A DNA stretch of 64,000 nt from the NCBI GenBank assembly GCA_965243185.1, contig OZ251531.1, positions 72,698 through 136,697 of the forward strand, given 5' to 3'. Shown piece by piece: positions 55,389 through 64,000 of this stretch. Source of the DNA: Dehalococcoidia bacterium (GTDB lineage: Bacteria > Chloroflexota > Dehalococcoidia > Lucifugimonadales > UBA3495). Below the pieces are notes generated by a model. It ran no database searches. It saw nothing but the letters and a program-made list of their open reading frames with translations, and had not been told where the DNA came from. Each line of letters opens with the position of its first letter. The first letter of the stretch is position 1. The position numbers and the translations under genes were made by a program.

Positions 55389-56225
55389 ATGCGAATCCTA
55401 AAGACTTGCCGGGAGATGGCGGCGGCTTGCCGGGAAAGCCCCCGGCCTTTGGGGTTGGTGGCTACTATGGGGGCGTTGCATCGGGGGCATTTGGAGTTGG
55501 TGCGGCGGGCGCGGGGGGAGTGCGCGGCGGTGGCGGCGTCGGTTTTTGTTAATCCGGCGCAGTTTGGGGCGGGGGAGGATTTGGCGCAGTATCCCCGGGA
55601 TTTGGGGCGGGATTTGGCGTTGCTGGAAGCGGAAGGGGTGGATTTGGTGTTTGTGCCGGCGGAGGCGGAGATTTATCCGCCGGGGTTTGATACTTGGATT
55701 GAGCCGGGGGCGGTGGCAAGCCGGTTGGAGGGGGCGGCGCGGCCGGGGCATTTTCGGGGCGTGGCCACGGTGGTAGCCAAGCTGTTTAACATTGTCGGGC
55801 CGGAGCGGGCGTATTTCGGGCAGAAGGATGGGCAGCAGATAGCGGTTATCAGTCAGTTGGTACGGGACTTGAACTTGGGGGTGGAGTTGGCGGTGGTGCC
55901 GACGGTGCGGGATGAGGATGGGTTGGCGTTGAGCAGCCGCAATGCTTATTTGACCGGGGAGCAACGGGCGGCGGCGCCGGTGTTGTATCGGGCTTTGCAG
56001 GCGGCGGAGGAGTTGCTGGCGATGGGTGTTAGAGACGGGGCGCGGCTGCGGGCGGAGGTACGGCGGGTTTTGGACGAGGAGCGGCTGGTGGACGGGATTG
56101 CCTATGTGAGTGTGGCGGACGCCGAGACCCTAGAGGAGACGGAATGGGTAGCGGGCCGGGTGATGGTGTCGGCGGCGGTTTGGTTCGGGGGGACGCGGCT
56201 GATTGATTGTGTGGTGGTGGGGTAG
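55389..56225 (+). CDS. panC: pantoate--beta-alanine ligase
   Basis: TMGALHRGH, SVFVNPAQF, RPGHFRGVATVV, FGQKDGQQ, GLALSSRN and TRLID motifs. Confidence 0.97.
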   Translation: MRILKTCREMAAACRESPRPLGLVATMGALHRGHLELVRRARGECAAVAASVFVNPAQFGAGEDLAQYPRDLGRDLALLEAEGVDLVFVPAEAEIYPPGFDTWIEPGAVASRLEGAARPGHFRGVATVVAKLFNIVGPERAYFGQKDGQQIAVISQLVRDLNLGVELAVVPTVRDEDGLALSSRNAYLTGEQRAAAPVLYRALQAAEELLAMGVRDGARLRAEVRRVLDEERLVDGIAYVSVADAETLEETEWVAGRVMVSAAVWFGGTRLIDCVVVG

Positions 56226-56253
56226 CAGTTTGCCATCCCCACCACCGGCACTG

Positions 56254-57933
56254 TTAGTGTTTCCAGACCTGCACGGCCAGTTTCGCCAACTCCTCACCCC
56301 GCTGGCGAATGGAGTCCTCGTTCCAGACGGTGAAGTTCTGGATAGACGCGCTCATGGCGAAGTTGGAGTCAGCCAAGTCCCTTTTCTTTTCGGAGAAAGG
56401 CTTGTTACCCAAGGGGGCATTGTACCCGGTGAGGGTGAGATTGCCGACGGTGTGAAGCCAATTATCGGGGTGATGGACTTCCTGCCAGTTCGGCCCCAGT
56501 TCTTTTTTCCAGGTTTCGGTCAAGGTTTGTGGCATGATGTGTTCGACGGTGATTTTGTCGGTTTGGGCGGGAGACTCCTTATGCCCAAAAGCCTGCTCTA
56601 GAGTCCAAAGGATCAGGTTCAAGTGGCGTGCCCGGACTCCCGATGAGGCGTATAAACGGAAACGGACAAAATCACGGACGAAGTCCGTATCGTTGGGCCA
56701 CCGGTTATCCAACAGGTGTGTTCGGGTCTTTTGGTACAAGTCAGTGGTGAAAAAATCGTCTTGCCCCGACATTTGAGCGAAAATGCCGCGCAACTGGTTG
56801 GTGGGAATAGCGCATACGGTCCGGCGAATGACGTAGGATTCGATCAACTGAACGACCTCGACCAAATCGCTCTGGCTGACTTCACCTTTTGCTGCGGCTT
56901 CCATAGCCCGCATAAGAAACGGATAGGCAACGGTGACTTCCCATTGGTTGAGACGCTCGAACCCTTTCGCAAGAGGTTCGGACAAGCCTTCCTTGGTCAA
57001 CCCGGAAATCTGGGCATAATAGTTGGAGAACTTGGCAAAGTTCTGCAACGCCGCCAACGCGGCTTCAGGAGTTTCTGGGGTGTTCTCTTTGATTTGCTCG
57101 TAGGTTTCGTCCTTGCGAGGACGGTTACCTGACATCATGCAGTACCGCCAGAAAAAATCTCCGGCAGTGTCTTTGGGGCCGTCGGCAAGGGTTTGTTCCA
57201 TCGGGTACCAATGGTCACGGTAGGCCCGTTCTTGCTGCTCCAAGTCCAGGATGTTCATAAGAAGGTAGTTCCGAACCAAGTCGGCTACACTCAAGTGCAT
57301 CCCGGTATTGTTCAGGCTCTCAAAAATCCGGTTAGGGCTGTCATCACTCTCCAAGTGAATGCTAACCATATCGAGATGGTTGACAACGCGACTGTGCAAC
57401 TTGCGGAGGTCGAACTCGTTGTCGTCGTTATCTCCTGCCCGCAACATCTTGGCAAAGTAGTCCCGCGCCCTCGCGATTTGAGAACTGTTCGGCAGGGTTT
57501 CTCCCGCGACTACCTTGGCGAAAGGTTCCCAGTCGCTTTGAGTAGGCAGCAGTTTAAGGGCCTGATCTCCAGGGCTAAACCTGTTGATCAAGCACATATC
57601 CTTAATCTCGTCGGCCAACTCAACCCAAGTGGCCCGCTCCGCCTCAGCGTGTTCCTTGATGACGCTGAGCAGGATCAAAAGAGTGGTCATCCGCTGCTGC
57701 CCGTCAATAAGCGTGTAGCGGTCAACGGTTTCGGGGGAGTTGGGAACTTGCTGGGTCACGATGGACCCAATAAAGTGGTTTCGGGGAACGGACAGGGCAT
57801 AGATTTCCAAGAGGTCGTCCCAGAGCTGTTCCCACTGTTCCTCGCCCCAATTGTAGGTGCGCTGGTACAGGGGAACGACATACTGGATTTTGCCATCCAG
57901 CAACTTTTGGAAAACCACTTCGCCCGCTTTCAT
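56254..57933 (-). CDS. GmrSD-like type IV restriction endonuclease (DUF262 + DUF1524 HNH)
   Basis: VPLYQRTYNW, LIDGQQRMTT, IFESLNNTG, VEHIMPQ and GNLTL..YN motifs. Confidence 0.9.
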   Translation of the reverse strand: MKAGEVVFQKLLDGKIQYVVPLYQRTYNWGEEQWEQLWDDLLEIYALSVPRNHFIGSIVTQQVPNSPETVDRYTLIDGQQRMTTLLILLSVIKEHAEAERATWVELADEIKDMCLINRFSPGDQALKLLPTQSDWEPFAKVVAGETLPNSSQIARARDYFAKMLRAGDNDDNEFDLRKLHSRVVNHLDMVSIHLESDDSPNRIFESLNNTGMHLSVADLVRNYLLMNILDLEQQERAYRDHWYPMEQTLADGPKDTAGDFFWRYCMMSGNRPRKDETYEQIKENTPETPEAALAALQNFAKFSNYYAQISGLTKEGLSEPLAKGFERLNQWEVTVAYPFLMRAMEAAAKGEVSQSDLVEVVQLIESYVIRRTVCAIPTNQLRGIFAQMSGQDDFFTTDLYQKTRTHLLDNRWPNDTDFVRDFVRFRLYASSGVRARHLNLILWTLEQAFGHKESPAQTDKITVEHIMPQTLTETWKKELGPNWQEVHHPDNWLHTVGNLTLTGYNAPLGNKPFSEKKRDLADSNFAMSASIQNFTVWNEDSIRQRGEELAKLAVQVWKH

Positions 57934-57970
57934 AACGACCTCCTTAGATTTGGCTTACTTTAGCACACCT

Positions 57971-58969
57971 CTAATCCTGGGTCAACTCCCGGATGGTTTC
58001 GGCGAAGGCGGTTAGGACGGTTTCCCAGTCGCCGATTACGCCGTAGCGGGCTTCTTTAAAGATGTTGGCGTCGGGGTCTTTGTTGATGGCGACGATGGCT
58101 TTGGCGCCGGAGCAGCCGGCGAGGTGCTGGCTGGCGCCGGAGATGGCGACGGTGATGTAGAGGTCGGGGGTGATGGTTTTGCCGGTTAAGCCGACCTGGT
58201 AGCTGGCGGGAACCCAGCCGGAGTCGACGGCGGCCCGGGAGGCGCCGACGGCCCCGCCTAGCAGTTTAGCCAGCGCCTCGAGGTTTGCGAAGGGTTCGGG
58301 GCCGCCGAGGCCGCGGCCGCCGGCCACTACGATATTGGCATCCTCGAGTTTGACGCCGGCGGCTTCCTCTTTGACGGTGTCGAGGATTTGGCTTTGGGCC
58401 AGGGCGGCGTCCAAGTCCACCGGGAAGGAAATGATATTGCCTTGACGGGCGGCGTCCGGCTGGCGGGGTTCGTAGGCTTTGGGGCGGAGGGCGGCGACTT
58501 GGGGGGTGTAGTTGCAGCTGACTACGGCCACGGCGCTGCCACCATAGACCGGGCGGTTGGCGAGGAGTTTGCCGGTGGCCGGGTCGGCGGAAACTTCGAG
58601 GCAGTCCTGGGCCAAGCCGACGCCCAAGCGAAAAGCGAGACGGGGGGCGATTTCGCGGCCTTCGTTGGTGCGGCCGATAAGGATGACGGCGGGGTTGACT
58701 TCCCGGCACAGGGTTTCCATCGCGGAAAGGTAGAGTTCGGCTTGGTAGTCGGCCAGGGCGGGATGGGTTACGGAATAGACGCGGTCGGCGCCGTGGGCGA
58801 TGGCTTGGGGGGCGGCGTCCGCCAGTTCGCTGCCGAACAAGCCGATGGATAGTTCTTGGGCCAAAGTGTCGGCGACCTGGCGGCCGGCGTTCAGCACTTC
58901 CAGGGTGGTCAAGCTGAGTTGGCCGGCGGGGGCTTCGCCGATAATCAATACTCCGGTTCCGTCTGCCAT
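57971..58969 (-). CDS. etfA: electron transfer flavoprotein alpha subunit
   Basis: [44 protein letters not shown] and [11 protein letters not shown] motifs. Confidence 0.97.
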   Translation of the reverse strand: MADGTGVLIIGEAPAGQLSLTTLEVLNAGRQVADTLAQELSIGLFGSELADAAPQAIAHGADRVYSVTHPALADYQAELYLSAMETLCREVNPAVILIGRTNEGREIAPRLAFRLGVGLAQDCLEVSADPATGKLLANRPVYGGSAVAVVSCNYTPQVAALRPKAYEPRQPDAARQGNIISFPVDLDAALAQSQILDTVKEEAAGVKLEDANIVVAGGRGLGGPEPFANLEALAKLLGGAVGASRAAVDSGWVPASYQVGLTGKTITPDLYITVAISGASQHLAGCSGAKAIVAINKDPDANIFKEARYGVIGDWETVLTAFAETIRELTQD

Positions 58970-59020
58970 TGATGGGCCTCCGTGGGATAGGGATTGGTGG
59001 GCGGGATGGGGAGTTGCGGG

Positions 59021-59821
59021 TTAGATGAACTTGTCCTCGCGCAGGCGGAGGGCCAGTTTGCGGCCGGCGTCGGCGGGGTCATCGCCCTCGATGATTTCAC
59101 ATTCGGCATTGCTGACCGGGACAAAGAGGTCATGGAGGGTGAGGCGCGGTTCGAGTTGGGCGGCGTCGATGCCGAGGTCGGCTTTGCTCCAGATGGTGGG
59201 GCGTTTGCGGGTGGCGGCCATAATGCCGCGGAGGGTGGGATAGCGGGGTTGGCCGAGTTCGTTGCTGACGGTGACCAGGGCGGGACGGGGGACGGCGACC
59301 ACTTCGTAGCCATCGGGGATGAGGCGCTCGACGATGACTTGGTCGGCGGTGATGTCCACTTTTTTGCCCAAGGCGACGCAGGAAATGCCGAGGAGTTCGG
59401 CGATGCCTAGCGGCACTTGGGCGTTATCCCAATCGGAAGACTGCCGGCCGCAGATGATGAGGTCGAAGCCGTCGAGTTTGCGGAGGGCGGCGGCGAGGAG
59501 TTGGGCGGTAAAGAAGCTGTCGACGGTGTTGGCGAAGGCGTCATCCTGAAGGAGTACCAGTTCGTCGGCGCCCATGGAGAGGGGCTTTTTCATCACATCG
59601 AGGGCGAAGGCGGGGCCGGCAGAGATGACGGTGACGGCGGCGTCCTGGGCGTCTTTGATGCGGAGGGCGGCTTCGACAGCATTTTCGTCGAAGCCGTTGA
59701 CGACCGGGGGGATGTTGGCCGGAGGGACAACCTGCTTGGCGTTGGGGTCGATGTGAAAGGCGGCGGCGGGCATTTCAGGGTCGATGACCTGCTTGGCCAG
59801 GACGGCGATTTTAACGGGCAT
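59021..59821 (-). CDS. etfB: electron transfer flavoprotein beta subunit
   Basis: KQVIDP, NGFDENAVEAALR, LSMGAD, GRQSSD and NELGQPRYPTLRGIM motifs. Confidence 0.97.
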   Translation of the reverse strand: MPVKIAVLAKQVIDPEMPAAAFHIDPNAKQVVPPANIPPVVNGFDENAVEAALRIKDAQDAAVTVISAGPAFALDVMKKPLSMGADELVLLQDDAFANTVDSFFTAQLLAAALRKLDGFDLIICGRQSSDWDNAQVPLGIAELLGISCVALGKKVDITADQVIVERLIPDGYEVVAVPRPALVTVSNELGQPRYPTLRGIMAATRKRPTIWSKADLGIDAAQLEPRLTLHDLFVPVSNAECEIIEGDDPADAGRKLALRLREDKFI

Positions 59822-59867
59822 TGTGCAGTTCCTTTTGGCGGGGATGGACAGGTGATTTGCTTTGTGA

Positions 59868-59897
59868 AATATAGCACCAACCGGCTTGGGGTGTCAA
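59868..59897 (-). promoter_or_regulatory. sigma70-type promoter of etfBA
   Basis: TTGACA-18 nt-TATATT with TGn extension. Confidence 0.65.
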
Positions 59898-59909
59898 TGT
59901 GATGGAGGC

Positions 59910-60985
59910 GATAGCGTTGCATTTTAGGTGGTTTGGTTGAGCAAGCCCCGGGTTTGCAGCAAAGCCAGCAGGTTATGCTCTGACCAGACCGTCCCCAATC
60001 GCTCCCGCCGGCGCAACTCCCGATTGTAGCGTTCCAGGCGGGAAGTAGTCCGGTAGGCAACCTCTCCCGTAGTCCAATACTGCCGGCCGGCGGTCAATGC
60101 CTTGTCCAGCCAGTAAGCGGCGGCGCCCTCGGTCAACTCCATTATTTGACCGGCGTAGCTCTGGGCCGCCGCCGCGCTGTCAGTCAACAGCAGTTGCCGG
60201 GCGGCGGCCAAGCCGGCCTTCCCGATATTCCGTCCATATTCCCGCAGCAGGTGAAAGATACACAGCTGATGCGGCGCCGCCCGGCCGTACACCCACTGGA
60301 TGCCGGCCGCAATGGCCCGGTCGCCGTCGCTGACCAGATGTCGGGGTGGCGCGGCTCCGGACTGCTCGGCCAACTCCAGGGCCGCCGCCCAAGGCCCGAA
60401 AGTCGCCAAGACCGCCCCGGTTTCGTCCCGGATTACCTTCAATTCCTGAGGGCCCTGCCGGGTGCGCGTCCATAAACCATCCAGTTCCCACACTGCCCCC
60501 GGCAACCGGGGCCGGGTCAAGGCCAACCGCCGCAGCCAGCGACACAAGGTGCTTTTGACACAACCCACCCACTGCCCCGCTTGGGCGTAACTCAAACCCT
60601 GGGCCGCCAGGCTCAAAGCCCGGTCCCGAGTTTTTTTGAGAACCGTTGGTAACGAACCTCCGGCCCCAGCAGCGCCGCGCCGCCCGCCAGTTGGCGACAT
60701 TGCCCACAACGAAACACCGGAACCGCTATCCGGATGGGACCATAGGACGTGACAATGGTGCGCTCATAGCGATGGTGGCGGTGCATCGCCAGAGCGCACT
60801 GAGCACATCGGGGCTGATAATGATCCAGGGCTTGTTGCAGCTTCGCCTGCAACTGGAGCGGAATTTCCTGCTCCAGTTGGGTCTCCAAATCGTCCAGCAA
60901 TCCCATGACAGCGCACCTCCCGTCAACCAGCAAGGCCGGCCCTTTCCCCATTCTACAACTAAACCACCTAAATCGGAACGCTATC
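59910..60985 (-). mobile_element. IS256-superfamily insertion sequence, copy 1 (1076 bp)
   Basis: 30-bp imperfect TIRs GATAGCGTTGCATTTTAGGTGGTTTGGTTG / CAACTAAACCACCTAAATCGGAACGCTATC; left TSD GATGGAGGC at 59901-59909. Confidence 0.88.
59924..60906 (-). CDS. transposase (Zn-finger OrfA fused by -1 frameshift to DDE OrfB), copy 1
   Basis: OrfA CAQC…CGQC; A7 slip site at 60631-60637; OrfB ELDG, VSDG, QLCIFH and RTTSRLERYNRE motifs. Confidence 0.8.
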
Positions 60986-61006
60986 GATGGAGGATAGCGT
61001 TGCATT

Positions 61007-61989
61007 TTAGGTGGTTTGGTTGAGCAAGCCCCGGGTTTGCAGCAAAGCCAGCAGGTTATGCTCTGACCAGACCGTCCCCAATCGCTCCCGCCGGCGCAAC
61101 TCCCGATTGTAGCGTTCCAGGCGGGAAGTAGTCCGGTAGGCAACCTCTCCCGTAGTCCAATACTGCCGGCCGGCGGTCAATGCCTTGTCCAGCCAGTAAG
61201 CGGCGGCGCCCTCGGTCAACTCCATTATTTGACCGGCGTAGCTCTGGGCCGCCGCCGCGCTGTCAGTCAACAGCAGTTGCCGGGCGGCGGCCAAGCCGGC
61301 CTTCCCGATATTCCGTCCATATTCCCGCAGCAGGTGAAAGATACACAGCTGATGCGGCGCCGCCCGGCCGTACACCCACTGGATGCCGGCCGCAATGGCC
61401 CGGTCGCCGTCGCTGACCAGATGTCGGGGTGGCGCGGCTCCGGACTGCTCGGCCAACTCCAGGGCCGCCGCCCAAGGCCCGAAAGTCGCCAAGACCGCCC
61501 CGGTTTCGTCCCGGATTACCTTCAATTCCTGAGGGCCCTGCCGGGTGCGCGTCCATAAACCATCCAGTTCCCACACTGCCCCCGGCAACCGGGGCCGGGT
61601 CAAGGCCAACCGCCGCAGCCAGCGACACAAGGTGCTTTTGACACAACCCACCCACTGCCCCGCTTGGGCGTAACTCAAACCCTGGGCCGCCAGGCTCAAA
61701 GCCCGGTCCCGAGTTTTTTTGAGAACCGTTGGTAACGAACCTCCGGCCCCAGCAGCGCCGCGCCGCCCGCCAGTTGGCGACATTGCCCACAACGAAACAC
61801 CGGAACCGCTATCCGGATGGGACCATAGGACGTGACAATGGTGCGCTCATAGCGATGGTGGCGGTGCATCGCCAGAGCGCACTGAGCACATCGGGGCTGA
61901 TAATGATCCAGGGCTTGTTGCAGCTTCGCCTGCAACTGGAGCGGAATTTCCTGCTCCAGTTGGGTCTCCAAATCGTCCAGCAATCCCAT
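61007..61989 (-). CDS. transposase (Zn-finger OrfA fused by -1 frameshift to DDE OrfB), copy 2
   Basis: As copy 1; A7 at 61714-61720; OrfA 61696..61989. Confidence 0.8.
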
Positions 61990-62032
61990 GACAGCGCACC
62001 TCCCGTCAACCAGCAAGGCCGGCCCTTTCCCC

Positions 62033-62061
62033 ATTCTACAACTAAACCACCTAAATCGGAA
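62033..62061 (-). promoter_or_regulatory. putative transposase promoter overlapping the IS terminal repeat
   Basis: TTCCGA-17 nt-TAGAAT on the minus strand, upstream of OrfA ATG 61989 (same in copy 1). Confidence 0.5.
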
Positions 62062-62084
62062 CGCTATCGATGGAGGCGGGATAA

Positions 62085-62113
62085 TTGACACCCCTTAACC
62101 GACCGGCTAACCT
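62085..62113 (+). promoter_or_regulatory. sigma70-type promoter of the downstream lipoprotein gene
   Basis: TTGACA-17 nt-TAACCT. Confidence 0.65.
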
Positions 62114-62151
62114 TGCCACGGACTAACTGCCGCCTGACTTGGAGGGAAGAA

Positions 62152-63171
62152 ATGCTGACCGCCCGCTCTTTGCCTCAACCCCTGTTGCTGACCGCCTTGT
62201 TCCTGCTGCTAACTGCCGCCGCTACGATGCTGGCTTGCGGGCCGGCGGAACCTACCGCTACCCCGCGCCCTACCAACAGCTATCCCAATCTGGCCGCCAG
62301 CCTTCAGGATGTGGTTCGGAAATACGAATCCGGCGAACTCTCTGAAAATCAAGCCGCGGCTTTAATCTTGGCCCATCACGGCGCAATGGTGCTGGTGCAG
62401 GTTGACCTGTCCGCCAACATTGACGCCGTGGATACCTGGATGGCGGAACAGGAAATTTCCCCGCGCCACAAGAACGCCAGTTATGCCCCGCCCCACATCT
62501 ATGCCTATGTGAAAGTATCCTTGCTGGGGGCTTTGTCCCAGCGAGATGGCGTCAGCATGGTCAAATCGCTCAGCGATCAATTTGGTCCGAACGTGCTTTT
62601 GCCGAATCCGCTCGGCGGTGAGATTGGCAACGGAGCCAGCGGACAATCTGACCTCGGAGACCCTATATTGCCGCTCTGGCTCAAAGGCTACCCCTACCCT
62701 CGTTTAGACAGTAAGCTCGAGTATGTAGTATACCGTTATGAGAACGGGAAGTTAACCGAAGCCGAGGCCGCCGCCGAATTTGACGACTATCAGGGAACAG
62801 CAGTGCTGGTGATAGTCGAGCTACTGGCTGACGGCGATACCGATGCCGTTGTTGCTTGGCTGAAAGGCAAGGGCATTACCCCTACCCACGTATATAAAGG
62901 CGAGGAGTTTCCCGACCAAATTACCGCCTATGTGCCATTATCCCTAATGGGTGTATTATCCCAGCAACCTGGAGTCCATGACGTATATTCCCCGCTACCT
63001 TTCCGTCCCCTCATCGAGTCGCCCACCGGCAAAGCTAGTAACGCTGGCAGAGTAGCCCAATCCACTACCGGACAAGGAGTAGCAAAACGCGAAGCTGACC
63101 ATTGGCATACATCTACCCTTGGCGGCTACGTCGGCAACGGTATCGAGATTGGGATAATCGACACCCTCTAA
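62152..63171 (+). CDS. lipoprotein with two propeptide-like repeats ending at the start of a subtilase (S8) domain; probably truncated
   Basis: GGAGG RBS; MLA-CG lipobox; two ~95-aa repeats; ends ADHWH…G.GIEIGIIDTL-stop. Confidence 0.7.
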   Translation: MLTARSLPQPLLLTALFLLLTAAATMLACGPAEPTATPRPTNSYPNLAASLQDVVRKYESGELSENQAAALILAHHGAMVLVQVDLSANIDAVDTWMAEQEISPRHKNASYAPPHIYAYVKVSLLGALSQRDGVSMVKSLSDQFGPNVLLPNPLGGEIGNGASGQSDLGDPILPLWLKGYPYPRLDSKLEYVVYRYENGKLTEAEAAAEFDDYQGTAVLVIVELLADGDTDAVVAWLKGKGITPTHVYKGEEFPDQITAYVPLSLMGVLSQQPGVHDVYSPLPFRPLIESPTGKASNAGRVAQSTTGQGVAKREADHWHTSTLGGYVGNGIEIGIIDTL

Positions 63172-63350
63172 CCAGCCGGCTAACCCTATCCCTGATAACT
63201 GACCCGATTATGCCACCAGTCAATAACGATTAAAGGGCCTTGGGCAGTTTGGGGCGGGCGGCAAGGGTTGGCGTTGTATAATTCGGGGGTGGAAATCGCC
63301 GGCAATTTGACCATCCGGCAATAAGTTCAGGATGAGCGGGAATTAGGGTA

Positions 63351-64000
63351 ATGCTGCTTTCCATAGTGCGCGCGTTGGCGGCCCTGATTTTGGGGTTGGC
63401 GGTGTTTGCCGGGTTTCTGGTTTGGGCGGTTTTGAATCAGGCGGTGGGGAAGGTTTTTGACGCCGGGGTTTATGCGGATGCGCTGGCGGGGGTGAATGCG
63501 TACGAGCGGATTTATGGGGAGGTTCTGGCGGGAGAGGAAGGGGAGCTTTGGATGAGGGAGCTGCTGGGGGAAAATCTGCCGGTGGATTATGGGGATTTGA
63601 CGGGGATAGTGCGGGAAGCGGCGCCGCCGGAGTATCTGCAAGGGCAGGTGGAGGGGAACTTGAGTCGGGCGGCGGCGTATTTTCAGGGGGAAACCGAGCG
63701 GTTGGAGCTTTATCTGGAGTTGGGGGAGCCGTTGGCGCGGCTGGGGTCGGCGGCGCTGGATTATGTGGAGGAGCGGATTGACCGGCTGGAAGTGGTGGAG
63801 CCGGGGATGCTGTTTAATCCGCTGGCGGGCGGGGAGTACGTGCGGGCGTTGGGGGAGTCGCTGGAGGGGCTGATTTTCCGGGAGGAATTGCCGGAGACGA
63901 TACCGTCCATCGCAATTCTGCCGGAGCTGGTGCGGCCGGCGGTTTTTGAGTTGGCGGTGGCGCAGCTGCCGGAATATCTGGAGCTGCCGGCGGCGGCGCG
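63351..64000 (+). CDS. membrane-anchored hypothetical protein, runs off window
   Basis: Open frame from ATG 63351 (MLLSIVRALAALILGLAVFAGFLVWAVLNQ…YERIYGEVL…) with native G-ending codons. Confidence 0.7.
   Translation, partial: MLLSIVRALAALILGLAVFAGFLVWAVLNQAVGKVFDAGVYADALAGVNAYERIYGEVLAGEEGELWMRELLGENLPVDYGDLTGIVREAAPPEYLQGQVEGNLSRAAAYFQGETERLELYLELGEPLARLGSAALDYVEERIDRLEVVEPGMLFNPLAGGEYVRALGESLEGLIFREELPETIPSIAILPELVRPAVFELAVAQLPEYLELPAAA

Larger units (their letters stand above)
60993..62068 (-). mobile_element. IS256-superfamily insertion sequence, copy 2 (1076 bp, apparently identical)
   Basis: Same TIRs and identical ORF translations; right TSD GATGGAGGC at 62069-62077; separated from copy 1 by GATGGAG (60986-60992). 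Confidence 0.88.

Noticed and set aside
1-64000. tRNA, rRNA, tmRNA, SRP RNA or prophage genes
   Set aside because: No cloverleaf or T-loop signatures, rRNA-like stretches, SRP motif or phage structural genes recognised by eye; a tRNAscan/Infernal run would be needed to exclude them formally.

Overview
GC-rich bacterial chromosomal window. Gene content and order (cob salvage operon, fakA-degV-recG, HAS-barrel/HerA pair, Pro/Thr-rich lipoproteins) suggest Chloroflexota, class Dehalococcoidia (inference). The housekeeping backbone comprises a B12-riboswitch-led late cobalamin operon (cbiA, cobO, cobT, cobS, cbiB, cobD), moeA, pheST, infC-rpmI-rplT, fakA-degV-recG, a Leu/Phe/Val dehydrogenase, uvrB, ruvAC, yebC, rpsP-khpA-rimM, panC and etfBA. 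Defence and TA genes are scattered through it singly or in pairs: DUF3368/UPF0175, NYN, RelE, HicBA, DUF6946, MmeI-like, PaREP1/HEPN, MTase+Mrr and GmrSD. Most notable observations: (1) a head-to-tail dimer of a compact, frameshifting IS256-superfamily element with a 9-bp TSD and a 7-bp junction spacer copied from the flank; (2) a 5.4-kb cargo element with 65-bp terminal inverted repeats and a 5-bp flanking direct repeat but no recognisable cognate transposase; (3) a GT-C glycosyltransferase gene split at a C20 tract, a candidate phase-variable locus, with four tandem ~120-aa unknown domains; (4) a ~22.6-kb block whose strand and codon skew is opposite to both flanks; (5) several long structured intergenic elements. 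No tRNA, rRNA, CRISPR array or prophage was found. All family assignments come from motif recognition by eye, not database searches.
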